From IMG/VR virus record IMGVR_UViG_3300025471_000688: 64,000 nucleotides of DNA. One strand, written 5' to 3'. Both the position numbers and the translations under genes were made by a program. Shown piece after piece: positions 53,711 through 62,336 of the stretch (within the stretch, counting starts at the first letter, position 1; each line of letters starts with the position of its first letter). The notes under the pieces are model-generated. The model made no database searches, was not told the DNA's origin, and was given only the letters and a program-made list of their open reading frames with translations. The DNA is from an uncultured virus (IMG/VR IMGVR_UViG_3300025471_000688). Lineage: Duplodnaviria > Heunggongvirae > Uroviricota > Caudoviricetes.

Positions 53711-56700
53711 TGAGCCTCCTCGTGTTCGCCCGGAAGCGGTTCAGGGTGCCGCCCGCAGCCACCGCGACGGGCCTGGCAACGACGGCCGGCAGCGCCCGCG
53801 CCGCGCGCGGCTTGTGGTAGGAGGCCGCCGTCGCAACCGCCTGGCTCGCCACCTCGAGCGGCACCGGGCGCGAGTTCAAGCAGAACTGATCGAAGGCCCA
53901 GAAGCAGAACGAGTACAGGCCCTCGCTGCGCCACATGCCGTACGCCTGCGCCATCGGCGGATCCGGCGGCCCGTAGATGCCGGCCAGATACATGCACTCC
54001 TCGGGCGGCCTGCCGAGCGTGCGCGGGAACTCCATTGTCTGCCGCATCCGGACGGCGTTCTTTTGCCATATGTCGTAATCGAAGCCCTCCGCGCGGAAGT
54101 ACTTCACGCCGTACGCGGAGTTCTTCCACTGCTCCGGCAGGTTGACGTGGAAGTTGAGCGCGCGGAACTCGGGCGAAGGCGCGGGCTTGCCCTGGTTGGC
54201 GTCGAGCGGCCACAGGCACTCGAATACCGCCGCCGGATGATACTGCCGCACGTAGGCGATCACCTCCTGGCAGTACTCCCAGATGCGGTCGCGCAGGAAG
54301 TTGGCCGTCTCGATGTCGTCCTCGGGCGAGTCCGTGTTCGCCAGAAACCGGTGCATGGGCCGCCCGTACCGGGCGTCGAAAGCGGCCTCGGTCTCTTCGT
54401 CGTAGAACGGCATGCCGGAGGCGTTCGGAAAATACCACCACTGCGTTTCACCGAACTGGAGCACGATGGGCAGCCTCGCGGCCGCGATCTGGTCGGCGCA
54501 TTCCTTGTACATCTGCTTGAGGTAGTTCCGCACGCGCGCGCCGAAGTGCATCTGCGTCGAGGGCACATCAAGCTCGACCGGCGCGCCGTCCCAGTAGCGC
54601 GCCGCCATCTCGGCCGGCGGCCGGTAGACCTCCATCGAGAAGGCGAACGACGCCGGAATGCCCGCCGCGGCGAACTGGCCGGCGAGATCGCGAATCCACC
54701 GCCGCGCGCCCTCGGTCATCACCGGCGATACCGCATCGATCAGTTCCCAATCGCCTTCGGTGCCAGGCACCCCCAAGTGGTCGTCCATCACCGCCGAGAC
54801 CGATGCCGAGCCGCTGGCGGCATTGTCGAAGAATGTCCACGGCGGCGCCTTCGATTGCACCCGCAGCGTGGTCGAGGTTCCGAAGTTGTCATCTGCCCAG
54901 ACGCCGGCGAACATGCCGTTGATGGCCGCCCGGAAGTGGCTCACGATCTGCTGAAGCGTCTCGCCGTAACCGATGGCGTGGTTGATCGTGGTGCCCGAGA
55001 TCTTCAGCGAGACAACTTCACCGGGCGCGGGGTCGCCCGAGAACTGGATCGTGGCGTAGGGGTAGCTCGCGCCCACGCGCCGCCGCTTGTTGTTCCAGAA
55101 GACGCCCATGTAGACGTCGGCGTGGCCCTTGAAGCCGAGCCGCTCGAGCTGCCACAGGTGCCAGGCGGGCGGCTTGCGGTAGCCGTGGTCGGTGTCGAAG
55201 TCGATGGCGAGCGAGACGTTCGGATACTCTTGCGGCGTTTCTGGAACATCCTGCGGCACAAGCGGCCAGAGATAGTCGAAGTAAAAGTAGTAACCACCCG
55301 AGGCCGGATTGCGGTCGAATAGCGCGGTGATCTCGACAGTATGGTTTCCGGCAGGCACGCCGCTGCGCAGCTTCAGGTTCGCGGTCGTGCCGCCGTACTC
55401 GTTCAGATACAGATCGTGCGTGGTCGCCGGATCGCCGTCCACCGAAACTTCGATCTTGCCGCAGTCGGTCGAGAGGAACGTGCCGAGATAGAGATCGTGC
55501 GCCGACTGCTTGGAGTAGCGAATCGTGACCTTGCGGAGGTCGGAGGGATTGTTGGGCGCGCAGCGCCTGGCATGGCCCATCGACCACCACTGGGTCGGAA
55601 AGCCGCCGCCGTAGGTGTAGTCCTCCCAGTAGCCGGTGTACTTGCAGAGCGCGTCGGATTCCTCGATCCGCGGCGCGCCGCCGCCGACCTTGAGCGAGCG
55701 GTCTCCGGTTACCGCAAGGTTCGAGATCGTGGCTCGCCACTCGATATCCGAAGCGAAGCCGCTGATCGGCGAGACTTTCTTCATCCGCGTGCCCGCCGGC
55801 CACGAACCGGGCGCCGAACCCTCGAAGCCGCGGTCGACGGTAATCTGCGTGGACGAGTCCACGGAGAGCAGACGAACGCGCTCCTCGCTCGTGGGCGTGC
55901 CGATGAAGTACCGCCCTCCGGAGAGCGCCGAGGAATCCTCCACCTGCCAGACCGTGTCGTTTGGACCGGCATCCGCCGTGAGCGTGCAGCCGTCCTCCAG
56001 AGCGCCTTCCACATTCTCGAAGCGTGGCGCGAAGACCATGTAGATCTTGCGCACATCGTGGAGCGGCACGTCGCGGTTGAGCTTGTCCTTCAGGCCCGCG
56101 CCAAAATCGAGATCGATGTGGTACCGGCGCTCATTGTCACCCTTTTGGAACCGGACATTCCGCTTGTTCCAAGCGAAAGCCGATGCGCCGGACCCTGCAT
56201 GCCCGGCAGAGGCGAATACCCGATCGAGATTGCCGAGCGCACCGTAGCAGCCGTCCGGAGGCGGCGCGTTCCGGAACGTGAGCATGATGCGCGCCTCCTG
56301 CAGGTTGCCGCTGCCGATGGCGCTGATCGTTCCGGTCTGGTCGGGGCCGTAGCGGCCGGCGACTTCCTCGCCCGGCGTGTTGATGATCTCGACCAGCTTG
56401 GCGATCATCGCGTCCGCGCCCGGAACGAGCCGCACGGTGCCGCCGGCCTCGTGCGAGAACGAGCACGAGACGATGTAGCGATCGAAGGAGGGATGGGGAT
56501 CGAGCCGGACCAACTCCTCGGTTGCCGCGCCCGGATCGATAACCGCCCAGGCGCCGAACGGAAACGGTGTGCCCTCGGCCAGCCTCAGTTCTCCAGTGGC
56601 GGGGTTGTAGCCCGCGACCAGCGCCTCCACGCGTGCATCGATGTGCGTAACGGTGTAGCGTGTGTCGCGGAAGTAGAGGTGGATGTAATCGATGCCCGGC

Positions 56701-57176
56701 CGATTTACGTCCGCGAGGGCCGCCAGGCTGAGATCGGTCCGGAGCGTGAGTGTGGCGTAGGAGTCGTAGACCTCGCCATCGACCACGGTAGCGTAGTCGC
56801 GGAGGCGCACCTCGTAAGTGTCTTCGGGACCTCCCTTGCCGCACACGAAGGTCATCGAGTCCCAGGAGACGGACGGGTATTTGGCGGCATCGAAGCGCAT
56901 TGCGCCCTCGAGCGCATGGTCGTATTCCAGATCGAACTGCAGCCGGAGGCCGCTCAGGTCGGTCCGCGGCAGCGGCTTCGTGCGCAGGTGGTTGAAGTAA
57001 TCGTAGGCGTTGTAGAGGCAGAGTACGGCGAAATCCTCGGGCGCCTGGAAAATGCCGGAGATGGACAGACCGGTCTCGGTGGCGTCGTGGATGGTGGTTG
57101 TGGCGGCGCGGCCGGAGAAACCTTGAACGTGCATGGTCCGGCGAGGGTCGAAAATACGGAGGGGTTCGGAAGCCAT
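53703..57176 (-). CDS. Large tail-associated protein with possible TIM-barrel (glycoside-hydrolase-like) domain
   Basis: 1157 aa in the tail module; QFGETQWW...PFYD motif recalls tail-associated TIM barrels (from memory). Confidence 0.55.
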   Translation of the reverse strand: MASEPLRIFDPRRTMHVQGFSGRAATTTIHDATETGLSISGIFQAPEDFAVLCLYNAYDYFNHLRTKPLPRTDLSGLRLQFDLEYDHALEGAMRFDAAKYPSVSWDSMTFVCGKGGPEDTYEVRLRDYATVVDGEVYDSYATLTLRTDLSLAALADVNRPGIDYIHLYFRDTRYTVTHIDARVEALVAGYNPATGELRLAEGTPFPFGAWAVIDPGAATEELVRLDPHPSFDRYIVSCSFSHEAGGTVRLVPGADAMIAKLVEIINTPGEEVAGRYGPDQTGTISAIGSGNLQEARIMLTFRNAPPPDGCYGALGNLDRVFASAGHAGSGASAFAWNKRNVRFQKGDNERRYHIDLDFGAGLKDKLNRDVPLHDVRKIYMVFAPRFENVEGALEDGCTLTADAGPNDTVWQVEDSSALSGGRYFIGTPTSEERVRLLSVDSSTQITVDRGFEGSAPGSWPAGTRMKKVSPISGFASDIEWRATISNLAVTGDRSLKVGGGAPRIEESDALCKYTGYWEDYTYGGGFPTQWWSMGHARRCAPNNPSDLRKVTIRYSKQSAHDLYLGTFLSTDCGKIEVSVDGDPATTHDLYLNEYGGTTANLKLRSGVPAGNHTVEITALFDRNPASGGYYFYFDYLWPLVPQDVPETPQEYPNVSLAIDFDTDHGYRKPPAWHLWQLERLGFKGHADVYMGVFWNNKRRRVGASYPYATIQFSGDPAPGEVVSLKISGTTINHAIGYGETLQQIVSHFRAAINGMFAGVWADDNFGTSTTLRVQSKAPPWTFFDNAASGSASVSAVMDDHLGVPGTEGDWELIDAVSPVMTEGARRWIRDLAGQFAAAGIPASFAFSMEVYRPPAEMAARYWDGAPVELDVPSTQMHFGARVRNYLKQMYKECADQIAAARLPIVLQFGETQWWYFPNASGMPFYDEETEAAFDARYGRPMHRFLANTDSPEDDIETANFLRDRIWEYCQEVIAYVRQYHPAAVFECLWPLDANQGKPAPSPEFRALNFHVNLPEQWKNSAYGVKYFRAEGFDYDIWQKNAVRMRQTMEFPRTLGRPPEECMYLAGIYGPPDPPMAQAYGMWRSEGLYSFCFWAFDQFCLNSRPVPLEVASQAVATAASYHKPRAARALPAVVARPVAVAAGGTLNRFRANTRRLNE

Positions 57177-57359
57177 TCAACAGATACGCTCCCTTTCGCA
57201 AGTTGATGGCAACATGGTCTTTGTGACGCATCGGTCCGCTGCCACCAGATGCAATGTGTACCATGCCCTTGGATGGCCTGCCGCGAGCCTACGGTGCTTC
57301 GGACCCGGAAGTGGATCGCCGCTGCTGGATCGGGCGGCACGCCTGAAGAGTAGCCCACC

Positions 57360-58313
57360 TTACCGATCCGCCACGTCCGCGGTATCGGACAGGCATTTGT
57401 CATGGTCGGCTCCGAAACCGTCGCCGGAGCCGTGTGCGCAGTCATCGGAATCCCTTATTCTTTCTCCGGCAGTCCTCGCAAACTCGTGACTCCACTGCTG
57501 GTCCGGCAAGCGCTGAAGGGTCCAGTTCGGGAACAGTGAAGGCTGTGCCTGACGACAGCCCAGCAGTAGATCGGGTATTCGCAAGCGGCGCGCGACGAGT
57601 TGATCCAGCAGAGCTTCCAGTTCTGGCCGCGAACAGTCTATCCACTCAGCCGGAAGTGCTCGATATACTTCGTCAAGGATCTTTTCGGGGAAATACCTGG
57701 CCCGGTCGAGCCAGGGCTGGAAATCATCCAGCGATTTCACCTGCTGATACACGACTGGGGCGAAGGCGTAGAGTCCAGACCGCTGGTCATCATGGAATTT
57801 CCAATCCGGGCCGCCGAATATTCCCCCTTGGTCGATCATGTAAGCCCGAAATCCGGCATTCGAGCGGCAAAACACTGCTTGGCGGTGATCGGTGTTGTCA
57901 ACCCACTTGTCAAAAACCAACGCGCCACAGAAATCCCTCAGATTTACGACCTTCGGCAGCATGCGACTTGGCAGGAAATCATAGACCGCCACGCGCGCCG
58001 GATCACCCGGATATCGAGAGCCGAAGTAGACTCCCGGTTGCATGGGCTTTCGGCCTCGCGCCAGTTCGAAGTATTGGTTTGGCGTCAGGGTTTCCGGAGG
58101 AATGTTTATCAGCGCCAGCTCAGGGGCCAACACGCCCAACTGCCGCAAGACAACGGTCCCGAGCATTTCGTTCACTACCACCCGCGAGTGCTGCGGGTTG
58201 TCGAGGGCTTTGGCGACGAAGAACTCATTGCTATCAGTCCGGACGAGGCAAGATTGAGCACCGCCCCGCATCTTGCGCACGATCTCGCTCGCCTTTACCG
58301 TTCGAATAATCAT
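57360..58313 (-). CDS. HipA-like Ser/Thr kinase
   Basis: MRGGAQS, FVAK, VVNEMLG, FDKWVDNTDHRQ, MIDQG. Confidence 0.82.
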   Translation of the reverse strand: MIIRTVKASEIVRKMRGGAQSCLVRTDSNEFFVAKALDNPQHSRVVVNEMLGTVVLRQLGVLAPELALINIPPETLTPNQYFELARGRKPMQPGVYFGSRYPGDPARVAVYDFLPSRMLPKVVNLRDFCGALVFDKWVDNTDHRQAVFCRSNAGFRAYMIDQGGIFGGPDWKFHDDQRSGLYAFAPVVYQQVKSLDDFQPWLDRARYFPEKILDEVYRALPAEWIDCSRPELEALLDQLVARRLRIPDLLLGCRQAQPSLFPNWTLQRLPDQQWSHEFARTAGERIRDSDDCAHGSGDGFGADHDKCLSDTADVADR

Positions 58314-58455
58314 ACGATAGCGGATAAATCACAAGCCCTCTAATAAATGTCAGTGCGTCCCGCGAACAGGAATTCTTATAATTTTAGAGAACAGTAGCGG
58401 ATATAGTCCTGGTAAGTCCTATTCGGAGCCTTTGTTCGTAAGGGGATATAATGAA

Positions 58456-58527
58456 GCGCAACTGCGTGCGGCTAACCCTGCAAATAGGGGCGATAATATT
58501 ACCCCTTACGCCATGACTATGCTGTGA
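58456..58527 (+). repeat. ~70-bp diverged direct repeat, copy A
   Basis: Blocks GCGCA..TGCG, AAC, AATAGGGG, ATAA, CCATGAC.ATGCT.TGA shared with 61335-61405. Confidence 0.65.
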
Positions 58528-58664
58528 TCAAGCACGAGAAATCAATTAAAATCGTTCAACATATGATGGGCGTATGCCCTTCACAAAGATTATATGGCAT
58601 TGCCAATCGATTTCTGCTGAACAAGCGCAGTGCCGGTAGGCCGACAAAGTCCGGGCGCAGTACC

Positions 58665-59070
58665 CGATTCGATTGCAGCCACGCGGCCCCGATTCGCGAG
58701 GCGCCTTTCACCACCTGCGACGAGACCATCACGATCTTGCGATTCCAGAACGTGGCCGTCCGCTTGATCGCCAGCGACACCGGATCGCCCTCGGTGCCGA
58801 CGCTGGCGGAATAGCGGTCCGCCTCATCCAGCAGCACGTAGCGGATCGGCCGGGCGGCAAGTGCCGCCGCCGAATTGGCGCCCGCGATGGTGATATGGCC
58901 GCTGGGAAACCGTTTGCGGAGCGTCGTGTTGTTAGCGTCGCGCGAGCGGACGTCCGCCACCTTGCCGCGAAGGCATGGTGCTCGGCGGACGCCTCGGACG
59001 CCAGGCGGCGGTTTTGGTCAGCCCACTCAGAGACCGTCTGGCGTGGCGGCGGCTTGTTCTCCACCCCGCC
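58665..59070 (-). pseudogene. Terminase large subunit (gpA) remnant
   Basis: PPPRQTVSEWADQNRRLASEASAE, then after a deletion and frame change RSRDANNTTLRKRFPSG...GANSAAAL...LLDEADRY...GDPVSLA; truncated. Confidence 0.8.
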
Positions 59071-59246
59071 CCCTTCCGCACCTCCCATGCCGTGCATTCG
59101 GCAGCGAGATTTGTAGTGGAGAACAAGATGGGCAAACCGCGTGATTCACTCGTCCTCCTTGGCGAGGAGGCCGATGCCGATGTAATACCGGGCCGGCACG
59201 CCGCTTACGGTCCTCTGGCGGTCGTCCACAGTGGGGCGCAGCTTCT

Positions 59247-60420
59247 TCATCGCGCGGCCGAACGCCCTCTTGCTGATGGTGGGCGTCCGGCGTCGAAGCA
59301 GGCAAGCAGGCTCGGGGTGTACTCCTGGTAGAGCTGGTCCTGTGGAATCACCGCGTCGGGGCGCAGGACGGTCTGCCGGTCGAGCCAGACGGCCAGCGGA
59401 TCCGTGGCCTTGCGGAACTCGTCCATGGCCCAGCGGGTCAAGTTGCTCTCGCTCAAACTGCGGTGCGGATCGCGGCGATGGCCTCCAGCACCTTGTTGGG
59501 CAGGCCGCTCAACTCGGCCAGGTTCGGCGAGCATCGGGTCCAGCTGATCGCGCGGGATCGTGCCGGGTGCGCCGTCCGCGAATGTGCGCTCGGACGGCAC
59601 GACGAGCCACCGCCGGAAGAATGTCGGCGAGGCATCCTGGCTCTTGGGCGGATGGTTGGCCGAGAAAATCAGGCGCGCATATGGGATAAACTCGAAGGAG
59701 TCTTTGAAGTTGTACTCGGCCATCAGCGGGTCGCCGCCGGTGATCGTCTTCACGGACGTGCTGACCAGGTCGGTGGTGGGCAGATCCGGGCAGATGTTCG
59801 CCAGCTGGCCCATCAGCCGCGCCGCCGAGAAGCGGTCGCTCTCCAGCTTGTGCAGGCTGAGCACGGAGGCGTTGTGCTTGCCGATGAACGACAGAACCGC
59901 ACTTCCCGTTCGCGCCGTCGCCGGTGAGCAGGATCGCCTTCTGAATCGAGGTATCTGGCGTCATCAGTCCGGCCCGGATCTCCCACGCGATGGCCTCCGT
60001 GTCTTCGGGAAAGACCTCGGTGCTGAACTTGTCCCAGGCGGGGCAGCGAGCCTCTGGGTCATACTCCGCCGGGATTTGGACGGGCGACAGGAAGCTGGGC
60101 GAGTGCGGCGCCAGCACGCGCGTCCGCACGTCCATCAGACCGTTCTGGACGTTCCACGTTCGCGTCGGGGCGGTTTCAAAGCTCGGGAGCATCCACGGCA
60201 ATGTATTTGACGACCTCCTAGGCCTTACGGCTGGTCCACTGCGGCGGAACGTTCATTGCGCCGAGGGCGCTCTTCACGCGCCGCTTGACGTAGCTCTCGC
60301 CGGTGGGCTTGTAGACGCCGTTCTGGAACACATACAGCTTCCCCCCCGAGTCCACCGCAAAGTGGTGATTCCGCGGTGATCATGTCGGCCAGCCTGTTGG
60401 TGCTCAGGCGCTCATCGTCC
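59247..60420 (-). pseudogene. P4/D5-family primase-helicase remnant
   Basis: NVQNGLMD, YDPEARCPAW, LTGDGANGK, LMGQLANI, KTITGGD, LIFSANHPP split across frames. Confidence 0.8.
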
Positions 60421-60470
60421 TCGCTCGAAAAGCGCCCGGCCTACGGTTCGACCGAGCTCGGGGGCGGCGT

Positions 60471-60866
60471 TCATGAGTTCTCCTCGCCGGTCTTGATTGG
60501 CAGATCGGAATCCGCTGCCGCTCCGCCAAAGCGCCTGGCGCTACTGCGCTCAATTCTATACGAATACCCCAGCGTCAACGGGCACCGGCGCTTCGGTATC
60601 TCGCTATCTTGCCGCATACGAAGAGTCAGCGGAGCGTCGCAGAGTTCAGGTATTATATCATACACCCGACGGAGTGCCGCTTTCTGGTCCGGGTATTTCT
60701 TCCTGTGCGTGGTCGCTAGGAGCGCATCGCCAATGTGCAGTACGGCACCCGCATATGTTCCAATGCGGCAAACCCCGTTCGCTTCGACTGAAATAAACCT
60801 GCCGCTTTCACCGCCAAGGTAGAAGAAGTAAGTGTCGCTTCTAATATACTGGACCAGATCCTGCAT
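60471..60866 (-). CDS. Hypothetical protein
   Basis: MQDLVQYIRSDTYFFYLGG...; protein-like core, uncertain ends. Confidence 0.35.
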   Translation of the reverse strand: MQDLVQYIRSDTYFFYLGGESGRFISVEANGVCRIGTYAGAVLHIGDALLATTHRKKYPDQKAALRRVYDIIPELCDAPLTLRMRQDSEIPKRRCPLTLGYSYRIERSSARRFGGAAADSDLPIKTGEENS

Positions 60867-61334
60867 CCACCGCCCTTTGACTTTCACGGGGTGGGTGTTC
60901 TCACTATATGACTCAGGGCAAGACTCTTGTAGCATCATGTGTGAAACCCTCCTAGCTACTAACAACAGCATTACACCCTTCTGCGACCACGATGAACCGC
61001 AAGTGCGGGTGACTTCTTTCACGGCTATCGTAGAACGTGCGACTCTGCTAGTCAAGATACTGATGTTTCCCCTTAGTTCTACTTACGCTCTTTTTGTCGT
61101 ACCAGTACAACCAGTACACCATTAGTTAGTTAGGAATGGACCCAGTACGCAGTTGGTTTTTTGCGAACCGGTCAGCAGCGCACCTCGACTTCAATAATCA
61201 TCGCGCCCGGGTGGGCTACTTCGAAACCAGCATCCAGTTGTTCGCCGATGCTTCCACGATTTGAGTCAGCCCCTCAGGGCCACCTCGGTCTCAGCCTTGA
61301 CAAACCGCGCTCGAATTATTTATGGCACCGGTGG

Positions 61335-61405
61335 GCGCAGATGCGGGGAGCCAACTCCGCGAATAGGGGTTATAACATCCACATAGTCCCATGACCATGC
61401 TATGA
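61335..61405 (+). repeat. ~70-bp diverged direct repeat, copy B
   Basis: See copy A. Confidence 0.65.
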
Positions 61406-61501
61406 CTGAGTACTAAGTTCATTAACATTGTTTAACATTAACATTGTTTCAAATATGTTGACTGAATATTTTGCCATCAGCTACATCAGCTATAGTCCTC
61501 C

Positions 61502-61837
61502 ATGAATGATTGTCGAATGAATGAATCCATCATCCTTGGTAATGTAACCGCAGATTCAGACGCTTCATTCAGCGGCGTACGCACAACTCTGAAGCGATTG
61601 GATACTGATACAGTTACGATCTGCACGATCAAGGAGATCTCGGGAGTGTGGATCACCATCGCCCCAGATGCCGAGCTTCCGCAGGGGGCGCTTGTGCAGA
61701 TTGAATTCAATGGATGTATGGGACTGGGCGAGGTTCTTCAACTCACTAAGCAACACTGCCGAATCCAGCTTAAGCACATTGTCAGATCTGAGGACATAGG
61801 TAGGTTTTGGAATAATAGCGACCAAGAGGTTCCCTAG
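61502..61837 (+). CDS. PilZ-like beta-barrel protein (degenerate)
   Basis: IKEISG, GALVQIEF...LGEV...IQLKH pattern; no RxxxR motif. Confidence 0.5.
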   Translation: MNDCRMNESIILGNVTADSDASFSGVRTTLKRLDTDTVTICTIKEISGVWITIAPDAELPQGALVQIEFNGCMGLGEVLQLTKQHCRIQLKHIVRSEDIGRFWNNSDQEVP

Positions 61838-61844
61838 CTGCTGG

Positions 61845-62105
61845 GTGCCATCTGCTGAATATATGCGCATAAGATTAGCGATCATCACGGCTGCTATGGC
61901 CGCCGGAGCGTTGTTCCAGGCGCATTGCCGCGATCCGTTTTTGGGGGAGCCGAGCACGTTCCTATTGGCCGTTTCTGGCTTAGTTGTATTCGTTCTTCTC
62001 AGGGGAGGACCTGCTGTGGGCGCGGTGCCAGCGCGACAAACTGATCTCCGCCTCGAACACCAGTTCACAGACGGACTGGCCTCCGGCAAAAGAGATTACA
62101 GGTGA
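61845..62105 (+). CDS. Small membrane protein with a PEP-CTERM-like segment
   Basis: Signal-like N-terminus, then GEPSTFLLAVSGLVVFVLLR. Confidence 0.45.
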   Translation: MPSAEYMRIRLAIITAAMAAGALFQAHCRDPFLGEPSTFLLAVSGLVVFVLLRGGPAVGAVPARQTDLRLEHQFTDGLASGKRDYR

Positions 62106-62336
62106 AAGACGTTCCGGCCTGAGTCATGCTCGACGCATTCGGCGAGTCCGGCCGCTGAGTCTTTTCTTACCCTCCGCCACTGTCGCTAGCGCTCGCGAAT
62201 GGCTTCTGCATTCCCGTCTCCGATATTCGCGAGCACGATGAATATACGACTCCGGATTTGCGGCGTACCGCCGCCGGACGCAAGGCATTTTGGTGTTTGA
62301 TGTCCTTTTCGGTCAGTCTCGGCCAGCCCCCCGAGG

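Noticed and set aside
797..57206. Many long plus-strand ORFs (e.g. 2931-4457, 25363-26991, 28088-29875, 55341-57206)
   Set aside because: Antisense shadows of well-supported minus-strand genes in high-GC DNA; no recognisable motifs.
61344..61353. CGGGGAGCCA as a second att copy
   Set aside because: Only 10 nt and inverted relative to 42001-42010; chance is plausible in GC-rich DNA.
62191..62234. 10-bp inverted repeat GCTCGCGAAT/ATTCGCGAGC as a terminator
   Set aside because: 24-nt loop and no U-tract; cannot be supported as an intrinsic terminator.
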